From: Candidatus Dormiibacterota bacterium
Lineage (GTDB): Bacteria; Chloroflexota; Dormibacteria; Aeolococcales; Aeolococcaceae
Reading direction: 5' to 3'
Assembly: GCA_036828955.1 (NCBI GenBank)
Contig: DAISRJ010000004.1
Span: 15,687 to 79,686 of the forward strand
Length of the DNA stretch: 64,000 bases
Numbering within the stretch: position 1 is the stretch's first letter; the number at the start of each line of letters is the position of its first letter. Below the pieces are notes generated by a model. The model ran no database searches, had not been told where the DNA came from, and saw only the letters and a program-made list of their open reading frames with translations. Position numbers and translations under genes: made by a program. Positions 43,508-52,825 of this stretch are shown piece after piece.

Positions 43508-45561
43508 CAGCGCAAGGGACCGATGCGGCGATCGACCGCCGCGGCGGCGAGGTGGTGTCGAGGTACGTCGGCGTGGTCCCCGACACGGGCGCGATCCTGC
43601 CCCAGGACCAGTACACCTACGAGGTCCCCGCCCACCTCGCTGAGCTGGTCGTGCGCGGCGCCCGCGTGGAGGTGCCGTTCGGCCGCCGCGAGGTGGTCGG
43701 GTACGTCGTCGACTCGGGGCGGGCGCTGCTCACCGGCGAGCCGCGCCCCATCACTGCGGTGCTCGCCGAGGCGCCCATTCTCGACACGGCGTCGCTCGAC
43801 CTGGCGCGCTGGATCGCCGCGCGCTACTGCGCCCCGCTCGGCGAGGTGATCAAGGCGATGCTCCCCAAGGGCATCCGCGCAGCCCGCCCCGGCGGCCGCA
43901 GGCGCGGCCCGCGCACCACCTCCGCCGCCGTCACGGCGGCGGCAGGCGCACCCGGGACGACCGCCGAGACGGCGCCACAGCTCACCGTCGCGCAGCGCGA
44001 CGCGGCCGCCCCGCTGCTCGAGGCCCTCGCCGCCGGCGTCCACAGGCGCGTTCTGCTCCACGGTGTCACCGGCGCCGGCAAGACCGAGGTGTACCTCGCC
44101 GCCATCGCGGCAGCCCTTGGCGAAGGCCGCCAGGCGATCGTCATGGTCCCGGAGATCGCCCTCACCCCACAGACGATTCGCCGCTTTGCGGCGCGGTTCC
44201 CGGGTCGGGTCGCCGTCCTCCACTCCGGCCTCACCGAGGCCGAGCGGGCCCGCGAGTGGCGACGGATCAGGGACGGCGAGCTGGACGTCGTGGTCGGCTC
44301 CCGCAGCGCGGTCTTCGCGCCGCTGCCCCGTCTCGGCATCATCGTGGTCGACGAGGAGGACGCCGCCGCCTACAAGCAGGACCGCATCCCTCGCTACCAC
44401 GCCGTCGACGTCGCCCTCGAGCGCGGCCGGCTGGTGAACGTCCCCGTCGTGCTCGGCAGCGCCACCCCACGGGTGGAGACGTTCTACGCCGCGCACACCG
44501 GTGGTTTCGAGTTGGTCACCCTCGCGGAGCGGATCAGCGGCCGGCCGCTGCCCCCCATCGAGGTGGTCGACCTCCGCGAGGAGCTGCGCGCCGGGAACCG
44601 CAGCCCGCTCTCGCTTGAGCTCGACCGCGCGCTCAGCGCATGCCATGCAGGCGGCGGTCAGTCGATCCTCTTCCTCAACCGGCGCGGCACCGCGACTGTG
44701 GTGGTGTGTCGCAACTGCGGTGAGTCGGTCAGCTGCGACAGGTGCAGCGTGTCGCTCGTGTACCACGCGCAGCGGCGGCGCTGCGACTGCCACTACTGCG
44801 GCGCCTCGCGGCCCCTGCCCAACATCTGCCCGAGCTGCGGGTCGACCGCGATCCGCGGGCTGGGCATGGGCACCGAGCGGCTCGAGGCCGAGGTGCACGA
44901 TCGCTTCCCCGACCTCCGCCTGCTGCGCATGGACCGCGACACCACGGTCACCCGCGACGCCTACTTCACGATCTACGACGCCTTCGCCAACCACGAGGCC
45001 GACTGCCTGATCGGCACCCAGATGGTGGCCAAGGGATGGGACCTTGGCAACGTCCGTCTGGTGGGAATCGTCAACGCCGACGTGTCGCTGCACTTCCCCG
45101 ACTACCGCAGCGGCGAGTCGACGTTCTCGCTGCTCACCCAGGTGGCCGGCCGGGCCGGGCGGGGCGACGAACCGGCGCGCGTCATCCTGCAGACGTACAG
45201 CCCCCAGCACTACGCGGTGCGGCATGCAACCACGCACGACTACCTCTCGTTCGCGCGGGAGGAGATCCGCGTACGCCGCGCACTGCGCTTTCCTCCCTAC
45301 ACGCGCATGGTCGTGTGCACGATCACGCACCGCGACGATGCCCATGCCGAGATCGAGGCACGCCGGGTGCTCGCGGAGGTGTCTGGTAAACTCGGCGCCG
45401 GGTCGGGCCTCGACGTCCTCGGGCCGACCCCCGCCTTCCTTCATCGCCTCCGCGGCGAGTACCGTTGGCAGATCACGGTGCGGGGCGAGGCGATCGAGAG
45501 GGCCTTTCCGCACCTGCCGCGCGGGCGTGGCTGGAGCATTGACGTCGACCCCGGACAGTGA
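43504..45561 (+). CDS. priA: primosomal protein N' (replication restart helicase PriA)
   Basis: GVTGAGKTEVY Walker A, VVDEEDAAAYKQ (DExx box), and the Cys cluster CRNCG..CDRCS..CHYCG..CPSCGS. GTGA overlap with coaB. Confidence 0.93.
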   Translation: MTAQGTDAAIDRRGGEVVSRYVGVVPDTGAILPQDQYTYEVPAHLAELVVRGARVEVPFGRREVVGYVVDSGRALLTGEPRPITAVLAEAPILDTASLDLARWIAARYCAPLGEVIKAMLPKGIRAARPGGRRRGPRTTSAAVTAAAGAPGTTAETAPQLTVAQRDAAAPLLEALAAGVHRRVLLHGVTGAGKTEVYLAAIAAALGEGRQAIVMVPEIALTPQTIRRFAARFPGRVAVLHSGLTEAERAREWRRIRDGELDVVVGSRSAVFAPLPRLGIIVVDEEDAAAYKQDRIPRYHAVDVALERGRLVNVPVVLGSATPRVETFYAAHTGGFELVTLAERISGRPLPPIEVVDLREELRAGNRSPLSLELDRALSACHAGGGQSILFLNRRGTATVVVCRNCGESVSCDRCSVSLVYHAQRRRCDCHYCGASRPLPNICPSCGSTAIRGLGMGTERLEAEVHDRFPDLRLLRMDRDTTVTRDAYFTIYDAFANHEADCLIGTQMVAKGWDLGNVRLVGIVNADVSLHFPDYRSGESTFSLLTQVAGRAGRGDEPARVILQTYSPQHYAVRHATTHDYLSFAREEIRVRRALRFPPYTRMVVCTITHRDDAHAEIEARRVLAEVSGKLGAGSGLDVLGPTPAFLHRLRGEYRWQITVRGEAIERAFPHLPRGRGWSIDVDPGQ

Positions 45562-45569
45562 GGTGACCC

Positions 45570-46085
45570 GTGGCAGTGCTGCCCATCGTCCTCGCCGCTG
45601 ACGAGGACCCCGTACTCGTGTCGCGGGCCACACGGGTGCCGCGCGTCGACGACGCCATCCGCAGGCTGATGGACGACATGGTGGAGACCATGGTCGACGC
45701 CCACGGCGCCGGTCTCGCCGCGCCCCAGGTGGGCCTGCCGCTGCGCGTCATCGTGCTCAAGGTGGACAACCAGGTCTACCAGCTGGCCAATCCCGAGATG
45801 GTGCGCTGTGAAGGCGAGCAGACCGGTTTCGAAGGCTGCCTCTCCGTCCCCGGCCTGATCGGCGAGGTCACGCGCTGCCAGCGAGTGGTTGCGCGCGGGC
45901 AGAACCGCCACGGCAAGGAGATCCGCGTCAAGGGCGACGGCCTCCTGGCGCGAGCCATCCAGCACGAGATCGACCACCTCGACGGCATCCTCTTCACGAC
46001 CAAGGTCATCGAGGGAACCCTGCGGCGCTGGGACCCCGCCGCTGAGGGGGAGACCGAGGCCCTCGAGGGCGAGCTCGTCGGCTGA
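45570..46085 (+). CDS. def: peptide deformylase
   Basis: GAGLAAPQVG, EGCLSVPG and HEIDHLDG motifs. Confidence 0.95.
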   Translation: MAVLPIVLAADEDPVLVSRATRVPRVDDAIRRLMDDMVETMVDAHGAGLAAPQVGLPLRVIVLKVDNQVYQLANPEMVRCEGEQTGFEGCLSVPGLIGEVTRCQRVVARGQNRHGKEIRVKGDGLLARAIQHEIDHLDGILFTTKVIEGTLRRWDPAAEGETEALEGELVG

Positions 46086-46115
46086 CGGCCGTCGGGCGTT
46101 GCCGCCACCGCGCCA

Positions 46116-47030
46116 GTGCGCATCGTCTTCTGCGGCACAGCCGACTTCGCCGTCCCCTCGCTGCGCGCCCTTGCCGACGCCCACGAGGTCCTCGCGGTGG
46201 TCACGCAACCGGACCGGCCGGGCTCCCGGGGACAGCCGGCGGCGCGCCCCGTGGGGGGCGCCGCCGAGCGCCGCAGGCTGCGCGTGCTCCGCCCCGAGCG
46301 CATCCGCGCGCCCGAGAGTGTCGAGACCATCCTGGCGCTGCGGCCTGACGCACTTGTTGTGGCCGCCTATGGCCAGATCGTCCCCGCGGCCTTGCTGGAT
46401 GGGCCCCGGTTCGGCGGCGTCAACGTGCACGGGTCGCTGCTACCGCGATGGCGAGGGGCGTCCCCGGTCGCCGCGGCCATCCTCGCCGGCGACGAGCGCA
46501 CCGGGGTGTCGATCATGCGCATGGACGTGGGCTTGGACACAGGGCCCGTGTACGCAACCCGGGCGATCGACATCGCACCGACCGACACCACACCGATGCT
46601 CGCCGAGCGTCTTGCCGAGCACGGCGCCGCCGTCCTCCTCCAGGTTCTCGAGGGCCTCGTCGCCGGCACCGCTGCGGCCGTCGCCCAGGACAACACCCAG
46701 GCCAGCCATGCGCCGCGCCTGGCTCGCCAGGACGGGGTTGTCGAGTGGGGCGCGGTGAGCGCCGTCGACGTCGACCGGCGCGTCCGAGCGCTGCAGCCTT
46801 GGCCCGGCGTCACCGTCGCGCTCGGCGGCCAGCGTGTCCGAGTCCTCGTGGGCACCCCCGGCGAGGCGGCACCGCTCGGCGCTGTGCCGGGCGACGTCGT
46901 TGCGGTCGAGAGGGAGGAGGTCGCCGTGGCCACCGTGCAGTGCGTGTACCGCATCGCCGCCGTCCAGCCACCGGGCGGCCGGCCGATGAGCGCAGCCGCC
47001 TACCTGCGGGGCCGTCGCCAGCGGCCGTGA
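46116..47030 (+). CDS. fmt: methionyl-tRNA formyltransferase
   Basis: IVFCGTADFAVPSL, NVHGSLLPRWRGASP and the MRMDVGLDTGPV motif. Confidence 0.93.
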   Translation: MRIVFCGTADFAVPSLRALADAHEVLAVVTQPDRPGSRGQPAARPVGGAAERRRLRVLRPERIRAPESVETILALRPDALVVAAYGQIVPAALLDGPRFGGVNVHGSLLPRWRGASPVAAAILAGDERTGVSIMRMDVGLDTGPVYATRAIDIAPTDTTPMLAERLAEHGAAVLLQVLEGLVAGTAAAVAQDNTQASHAPRLARQDGVVEWGAVSAVDVDRRVRALQPWPGVTVALGGQRVRVLVGTPGEAAPLGAVPGDVVAVEREEVAVATVQCVYRIAAVQPPGGRPMSAAAYLRGRRQRP

Positions 47031-47108
47031 GCGCCCGGCGCCGGGCGATGCCGCCCGGGGCGGTGTGCCATGCTTGGCGCACCAGCGGACCTTTTATGAG
47101 GGCGGCCG

Positions 47109-47534
47109 ATGCGGCGTCTCGGGGGAAACGTTTCGACGAGGGTCTCTGACGCGCTCCGGGGTCTCGACCGCCGCCTCCACATCGACCGCGACGGAGGCAG
47201 CGAATGGGCCTGGGCCGTCCCCGCCGCTGCCTTCGTTGTGACGGTGGCCATCCTCGTCACCGCCGGTGTGATGAGCGGAGTGTGGGCCGTCGAGTACATC
47301 CCCACCGGCCTCGTCGTCGGGCTCGTCATCGCCGGCTTGCTGGTCGCCTGCGCGGCGCCTGAGGAGGTGCCTCCCGACATCGACCACGGCGACCACGGCC
47401 CCGACCGTGAGCCGCCCTCCACACCTCCGCGCCTCGACCCGGACATCTGGGTCGCGCTGCTGTCCGGGTCCGACACGGATCCCGAGCCGGCCGGCTACGA
47501 AATCCTCCGCCAGCCGGTCGGCGCCGCGCCGTAG
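47109..47534 (+). CDS. hypothetical membrane protein (2 hydrophobic helices, acidic Pro-rich tail)
   Basis: ORF with GAGGG 6 nt upstream of the ATG. Hydrophobic segments AAFVVTVAILVTAGVM and LVVGLVIAGLLVACA. No family recognised. Confidence 0.45.
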   Translation: MRRLGGNVSTRVSDALRGLDRRLHIDRDGGSEWAWAVPAAAFVVTVAILVTAGVMSGVWAVEYIPTGLVVGLVIAGLLVACAAPEEVPPDIDHGDHGPDREPPSTPPRLDPDIWVALLSGSDTDPEPAGYEILRQPVGAAP

Positions 47535-47600
47535 CCGACCCGCACCCCGACAACCGCTTCCGGCGCGACACCTCACCAGCACGCCGCGGTGCCCACCCTG

Positions 47601-47606
47601 TACATA
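47601..47606 (+). promoter_or_regulatory. -10-like hexamer TACATA, 7 nt upstream of smpB ATG (leaderless geometry)
   Basis: TACATA acaccgc ATG(47614). No Shine-Dalgarno. Confidence 0.35.
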
Positions 47607-47613
47607 ACACCGC

Positions 47614-48096
47614 ATGGCCGCGACGACCAAGCCGAAGACAGCAGACCCCACGCTGGCGCGCAACCGCCAGGCGTCGCACGAGTACTTCATCCTGGAGACC
47701 TTCGAGGCGGGGATCGCACTCGCCGGGACTGAGGTCAAGGCGCTGCGCGACGGCCGCACCCAGCTGCGTGAGGGCTACGTGCGCGTCGAGGGTGGAGAGG
47801 CGTGGCTTCTCGGCGTCAACATCGCCGAGTACACCCAGGGCCACCGGCGCAACCACGAGCCGCAGCGTCGCCGCCGCCTGCTCCTGCATCGGCGCCAGAT
47901 CGAGTACCTCGGCGCCAAGGTCGCCCAACAGGGCCTCACCCTGGTGCCGCTGCGCATCTACCTGAAGAACAACCGCATCAAGCTCGAGATCGGGCTGTGC
48001 AAGGGCAAGAAGCTGTGGGACAAGCGCGAGGCCATCGCCGAGCGCGACGCCCGCCGCGACGTCGAGCGTGTCACCGCGCGAGCGCAGCGACTGTGA
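47614..48096 (+). CDS. smpB: SsrA-binding protein SmpB
   Basis: NRQASHEYFILETFEAGIAL.GTEVK, HEPQRRRRLLLHRRQI and the KGKKLWDKRE tail. Confidence 0.95.
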   Translation: MAATTKPKTADPTLARNRQASHEYFILETFEAGIALAGTEVKALRDGRTQLREGYVRVEGGEAWLLGVNIAEYTQGHRRNHEPQRRRRLLLHRRQIEYLGAKVAQQGLTLVPLRIYLKNNRIKLEIGLCKGKKLWDKREAIAERDARRDVERVTARAQRL

Positions 48097-49384
48097 ACGC
48101 GCTGGACGGCGCGGGGCGGTCGCGCAGCGCCCTCACCATGGTGACGAGGAGCCCGACCGCGAGGATCGCTGGCAGCGAGCAGGCCTGGAGGAAGAGCCAC
48201 CAGAGCGGGCCCGACGAGACGGCGTCGATCTCCTGGATGGTGAGAGCCGCGATGGCGGCGCCGCCCACCAGTCCGATGCCGAGCAGCGCGGCGCCGCTCC
48301 ACGTGGCCAGTGCCTGCCCGAGGCGGCCGCGCTCGTGGGCGAGCCCTGCCGCGGCGGCGATCGCGATGAGCAGGTGCACGTAGATGGGGTACCAGGCGAT
48401 CGCCCCGGCCAGCAGCATGGCGGTGACGCCGCAGGCGAACTCGACGCCGCGCTCGGCGCGGGTTCGCGGACGGCTGCTCACGGCGACCATCACGATGGCG
48501 ACGGTTGCCACGGAGAGCACGGTGCCCACGGTGTGCAGCCCCGTCGACGGGCTGTCCACGGTGAGCACGGAGTGGCCGGCGAGCCGGTTGACCACGCCGT
48601 TCCATGTCTGGTTGTAGATCCAGCCGTTGTCGCGGTTGAGCACGGGGAGCACGGAGGCCAGGTACTGGTGCGTCACCGACCATCCGAGCGCCGCCACGCC
48701 GACCGCCACGGTGGCCGCCCCGGTTGCGGCACCGGCGAGTGCACCACGCCACCATCCGCGGCGGAGCAGCACGAGGAGCAGCACGATGGGGGCGATCTTG
48801 ATGCCCGCGGCGATGCCCAGGACGACGCCACAGCGGCTGCGATGTCCGGACAGGTAATCGGAGAGGGCAACCGCGAGCAGCAGGAAGATGATCGTGTTCA
48901 TCTGCCCATGCCAGAGGTTGTAGGTCGCGGGCGGGAAGGTGAGCGCCACGAACACTGCGATGCGCACCCGGGGCCAGGTTGCCGGCAGCAGCGCACGGGC
49001 GGCGATCACGGCGCCGCCCACCAGCGCGGCGAGCGAGGCCCAGAGCCAGAGCAGGTCCTGCCAGCGCGCCGGCAGCCATGCCAGCGGGCGCAGCAGCACG
49101 GCCGCGAACGGCGGGTAGTCGAAGCCCGTCATGACGATGGTGCGGCCGTTGAAGAAGGCGTACGGCGTGGTCCCGCCGGCCACGCTGTGCGCCGCCTGCG
49201 AATACGCCGAGAAGTCCTCGAACGGTCCCGTGAAGGAGCCGAGCAGGGGCAGGAGCACGAAGTTGTAGGCGCCCGCGATGGCGGTCGCGATGCTGCCCAC
49301 CGTGAGCAGCAGGAACAGGATTGACCGCCAGTCGCGCGTGGAGCCCGTTCGCGGCGCCGGCCGCCGCCTGGTCATCACCGACAC
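48071..49384 (-). CDS. polytopic membrane glycosyltransferase, GT87/DUF2029-like
   Basis: More than 10 hydrophobic segments. The FDYPPFAAVLLRPLAWLP segment is recalled from DUF2029 mannosyltransferase-like proteins. The family call is tentative. Confidence 0.55.
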   Translation of the reverse strand: MSVMTRRRPAPRTGSTRDWRSILFLLLTVGSIATAIAGAYNFVLLPLLGSFTGPFEDFSAYSQAAHSVAGGTTPYAFFNGRTIVMTGFDYPPFAAVLLRPLAWLPARWQDLLWLWASLAALVGGAVIAARALLPATWPRVRIAVFVALTFPPATYNLWHGQMNTIIFLLLAVALSDYLSGHRSRCGVVLGIAAGIKIAPIVLLLVLLRRGWWRGALAGAATGAATVAVGVAALGWSVTHQYLASVLPVLNRDNGWIYNQTWNGVVNRLAGHSVLTVDSPSTGLHTVGTVLSVATVAIVMVAVSSRPRTRAERGVEFACGVTAMLLAGAIAWYPIYVHLLIAIAAAAGLAHERGRLGQALATWSGAALLGIGLVGGAAIAALTIQEIDAVSSGPLWWLFLQACSLPAILAVGLLVTMVRALRDRPAPSSAFTVAALAR

Positions 49385-49504
49385 ACCCGGCAGTGTCGCC
49401 TGTGCCCCACAGGCCCGGTCTCACGTGTGCGCGACCGTTACCGAGGCGCGACGCGTTCGACGGCGCCGCCCGGTGTCCTGGCGGTCAGGAGATCGCGGGC
49501 GCCC

Positions 49505-50761
49505 TCAGGATGCGGCTCGCCGACGGCCGTGATCGGGCTGGTCGATGGCCTCGGCCATGTCGCCGTCGAAGGACCCGGCGGCGATGATGGGACGGTTGGC
49601 GCGCGTGTCCGGAACCGCCTCAGCCGCCAGCGCGTCGATGGCCTGGCGCAACTCGCGCATGCCCGTTCCCCTGGCGGCGGAGATGCGCACCGGGGGCAGG
49701 CCGGCGATGGCCCCGAGCCGGAGCGCCATGTCGTCAGCCGCGGCGGCTCCGAGCCGGTCCACCTTGTTGACGGCCAGCACCGCGGGTTGGTCGCAACCCA
49801 TCTCATCGAGCGTGGCCAGCACGGTCTCGAGCTGTGCCTCGGCGTCGGGGTGCGAGGCGTCGACGACGATGGTCAGCAGGTGCGCCTCGCGCACCTCCTC
49901 GAGCGTGGCCGCGAAGGCTTCGACCAGCTCGTGCGGCAGCGACTGGATGAACCCCACGGTGTCGGTGACGATGATCCGCCGTCCGCTGGACAGTCCCAGC
50001 AGCCTGGAGGTGGGGTCGAGCGTGGCGAAGAGAAGATCGTCCGCGAGGACGGTGGAGTTGGTGAGGCGGTTGAGCAGGGTGGACTTGCCGGCGTTGGTGT
50101 AGCCCACCAGCGCGCAGGAGGCCAGTGGCACCGCCGAGCGCGCTGTGCGTCGCGTGGTGCGCTGCCTCTCGATCTCTCGGAGGCGCTGGCGCAGGCGGCG
50201 CAGCTTCTGGTTGATGAGGCGGCGGTCGACCTCGATCTGCTTCTCACCCATGCCGCCACGCATGCTGCCGGTGCCGACGCGACCGCGCTGGCGTTCGAGG
50301 TGCGCCCACCCACCGGCGAGGCGCGGGAGCTGGTGCTCCAGCTGGGCCATCTCCACCTGGACGCGTCCCTCCGCGGTGCGGGCGCGGCGCGCGAAGATGG
50401 CCAGGATCACCTCGGTGCGGTCGAGAACAGGCACGCCCCAGCTCTCCTCGAGGTTGCGCTGCTGGCGCGGCGAGAGCTGGTCGTTGATCAGCGCCGCGGG
50501 GCCGCCGAGCTCCCCGATGCGGGCGCCGAGGGCCTCGACGGTGCCTGACCCGAAGAAGGTCCCCGGGTGGATGTCACGCAGCGGGACGGCGGCGCGTTCG
50601 ACGACCGATGTCCCCAGCGTGCGCGCCAGCTCCTCGAGCTCGTCGAGCTCGATCTCGGTCTGCTCGCGCCTGCGCTGGCCGTGGAACGCCCCGGCGATGA
50701 GGACCTTGTCGAGCGTCGCCGCCACCCCGGGATCTGCGCCGCTGCGTCTCTGTCGTGCCAT
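49505..50761 (-). CDS. hflX: GTPase HflX
   Basis: HflX N-terminal domain followed by GYTNAGKSTLLN (G1), TDTVGFI (G3) and NKVD (G4). Confidence 0.93.
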   Translation of the reverse strand: MARQRRSGADPGVAATLDKVLIAGAFHGQRRREQTEIELDELEELARTLGTSVVERAAVPLRDIHPGTFFGSGTVEALGARIGELGGPAALINDQLSPRQQRNLEESWGVPVLDRTEVILAIFARRARTAEGRVQVEMAQLEHQLPRLAGGWAHLERQRGRVGTGSMRGGMGEKQIEVDRRLINQKLRRLRQRLREIERQRTTRRTARSAVPLASCALVGYTNAGKSTLLNRLTNSTVLADDLLFATLDPTSRLLGLSSGRRIIVTDTVGFIQSLPHELVEAFAATLEEVREAHLLTIVVDASHPDAEAQLETVLATLDEMGCDQPAVLAVNKVDRLGAAAADDMALRLGAIAGLPPVRISAARGTGMRELRQAIDALAAEAVPDTRANRPIIAAGSFDGDMAEAIDQPDHGRRRAAS

Positions 50762-50807
50762 GTCGTCACTAGCCTATGGCATTGCGCGGCTGTGCAATGC
50801 TGCCGCG

Positions 50808-51473
50808 ATGGCGGCTCCCCGGGTCCCCCAACGAGCGGTGCGCGTCATCGTCGAGGCCACCCCCAAGCGTGCCTTCGCCAGCGCTCTCGACTGGCCGGGA
50901 TGGTGCCGTGGGGCGCGCGATGAGCGCGCCGCCCTCGACCAGCTGGCCGACCACGCTGCGCGGTATGCGGTGGTCGCACAGGCGGCAGGGCTGGCCTTCG
51001 GGGTGGGCGAGTTCGCGGTGATCGAGCGCCTGCCCGGCTCGGCGACGACGGATTTCGGCGCCCCCGCGACGCCGGCGGCGGCCGAGGCCGAGCCTCTCAG
51101 CGCGGCTGGGGCGCGCCGCCTCGAGGCGCTGATCAGCGCGGCGTGGGCTGCGTTCGACGAGGTGGTGGCCTCAGCGCCGCCCTCGCTGCGCAAGGGCCCG
51201 CGGGGCGGTGGTCGCGACCGGGACGCGATGGCCGGCCACGTCCTGGCGGCCGAGAACGCGTACGCGCGCAAGCTCGGCGTCCGCGTGCCCGAACCGCACG
51301 TGGGGGAGGCGGCCGCGATCGGCGCGCAGCGCAAGGCAATCCTCGCCGGGCTGCGCGCCGGCCTCCGCGCCCCGGCGGACAGCCGCGGCTGGCTACCTCG
51401 CTACGCGGCGCGCCGCATCGCCTGGCACGTGCTGGACCACGCCTGGGAGATGGAGAACCGCACCGAGCGCTGA
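50808..51473 (+). CDS. hypothetical protein
   Basis: ATG 50808 inside ORF 50145..51473, whose upstream part is antisense to hflX. The C-terminal WHVLDHAWEMENR is vaguely DinB-like, but no firm family could be assigned. Confidence 0.5.
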   Translation: MAAPRVPQRAVRVIVEATPKRAFASALDWPGWCRGARDERAALDQLADHAARYAVVAQAAGLAFGVGEFAVIERLPGSATTDFGAPATPAAAEAEPLSAAGARRLEALISAAWAAFDEVVASAPPSLRKGPRGGGRDRDAMAGHVLAAENAYARKLGVRVPEPHVGEAAAIGAQRKAILAGLRAGLRAPADSRGWLPRYAARRIAWHVLDHAWEMENRTER

Positions 51474-51474
51474 G

Positions 51475-51912
51475 TCAGGCGCGGGCACGGGCCGTTGGTG
51501 GGGCCGGCTCGGGCGTGGAGCGCACCTTCGGCGGGGGCAGGTCGGCGAGCCGGCAGGGGATGTCGGCGTCCTCGTCGAGGTGGTAGCTGGCGCAGATGCG
51601 GTGGTAGCCGTCGGCGACGGTCAGGGGACGGTACCCACCGAGACCCCCACGGACCAGCAGAACCGGCGACAGCTTCACGCCCTTCTTCACCTTCCTGAGG
51701 TCGCGGACCAGTTCGCTGTCGTCGACGGGGAGCAGCGGGAGCCGGCTGGCCCGGAGCAGGTCCTTGGCCTTCTTGGTGGTGATCGTCGCCGTGCGCAGAC
51801 GTCGCACCACGACGGCGACGGTGGGCGGGTCGAAGAGCAGGCTGAGGTAGTCGGCGGCGGCGGCGAAGTCGTGCGCCGCCGGGGACCGGGTCCAACGTTC
51901 CTTGATGGCCAC
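51475..51912 (-). CDS. small ParB/sulfiredoxin-fold-like protein
   Basis: SPVLLVRGGLGGYRPLTVADGYHRICASY resembles the ParB N-terminal domain core (..L.DGhHR..A). GTG start with AGGAGG 10 nt upstream. Confidence 0.45.
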   Translation of the reverse strand: MAIKERWTRSPAAHDFAAAADYLSLLFDPPTVAVVVRRLRTATITTKKAKDLLRASRLPLLPVDDSELVRDLRKVKKGVKLSPVLLVRGGLGGYRPLTVADGYHRICASYHLDEDADIPCRLADLPPPKVRSTPEPAPPTARARA

Positions 51913-51960
51913 GGTGTCACGACCTCCTGTGCGAGGGTTGGGGCGAACGCGTCGGGGCGG

Positions 51961-52770
51961 TCACCGTGGGTCGCCCTGGGCGGCGAGGATGGCTGCCCGG
52001 TCGCCCCCGCGGCCGCGCAGCACGATCGCGAAAAGCACCGCCAGGAGGCTGCCGGCGACGGGACCCACCACGTACAGCCAGGTGTGCGACAGGTCGCCGC
52101 GCACGAGGTCGGGCGCGAACGAACGCACCGGGTTCATGGACGCGCCGCTGATCGGGCTCGACCACAGCCCCGCCAGGGCGATGTAGCTGCCCACCGCTAT
52201 GGCGGAGAGGCCACCGACGTTCTGGGCGCTCGAGGCGGTGCCGAGGATGACGCTCACCAGGCCCATGGTCAGCACCACCTCGAGGAGCATCGCCTGCAGG
52301 TCGTTGACGGCGTGGCCGGGGATCGTCGCTCCAAAGTGACCAGGCCTGCCCAACACACCCCACAGGAAGACGCAGGCGAGCAGGGCGCCGGCGACCTGGG
52401 CGGCCACGTAGCCGGGGACGCGACCCCACGGGAACTCCTTGCGCAGAGCGAACGCAATGCTGACGACGGGGTTGAGGTGAGCGCCGCCGACCTTGCCCAT
52501 GAACAGGATCACCGCCATCACCATGAGGGCGGGGGCGGTCACCGCCGCCGCTCGTGAGATCGGCACCCCGCTGACCGACGCCACCACGTCGGAGCCGACC
52601 GCGACGAGCACCAGCAGGAAGGTTCCGAAGATCTCTGAGAAGAGCCGCCGCCACTCGTTGGCGGGGTTGTGGAAGCGGCGCACCCACGGAGCCGGGGGCA
52701 GGCTGTGGTCGGCGGTGTCCAGCGGCCCGTGCGCGCCCTCCCCTGTCTGCGTCGTCGAGGCGTCGATCAC
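51961..52770 (-). CDS. aquaporin / MIP-family channel
   Basis: Two NPA boxes (GAHLNPVVS and GASMNPVRS) and six hydrophobic segments. Confidence 0.9.
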   Translation of the reverse strand: MIDASTTQTGEGAHGPLDTADHSLPPAPWVRRFHNPANEWRRLFSEIFGTFLLVLVAVGSDVVASVSGVPISRAAAVTAPALMVMAVILFMGKVGGAHLNPVVSIAFALRKEFPWGRVPGYVAAQVAGALLACVFLWGVLGRPGHFGATIPGHAVNDLQAMLLEVVLTMGLVSVILGTASSAQNVGGLSAIAVGSYIALAGLWSSPISGASMNPVRSFAPDLVRGDLSHTWLYVVGPVAGSLLAVLFAIVLRGRGGDRAAILAAQGDPR

Positions 52771-52813
52771 AGCGTCCGAGTATGCGCGGCGTCACCCGCC
52801 GCCGACGCATGCC

Positions 52814-52819
52814 TACGAT
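52814..52819 (+). promoter_or_regulatory. -10-like hexamer TACGAT, 6 nt upstream of ATG 52826 (leaderless geometry)
   Basis: TACGAT gcccgg ATG. No Shine-Dalgarno. Confidence 0.35.
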
Positions 52820-52825
52820 GCCCGG

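Noticed and set aside
43195-45633. 812-aa ORF on the minus strand
   Set aside because: It is antisense to priA (Walker A, DExx box and Cys4 clusters are all present on the plus strand). It is a low-complexity Arg/Gly/Ala-rich shadow ORF.
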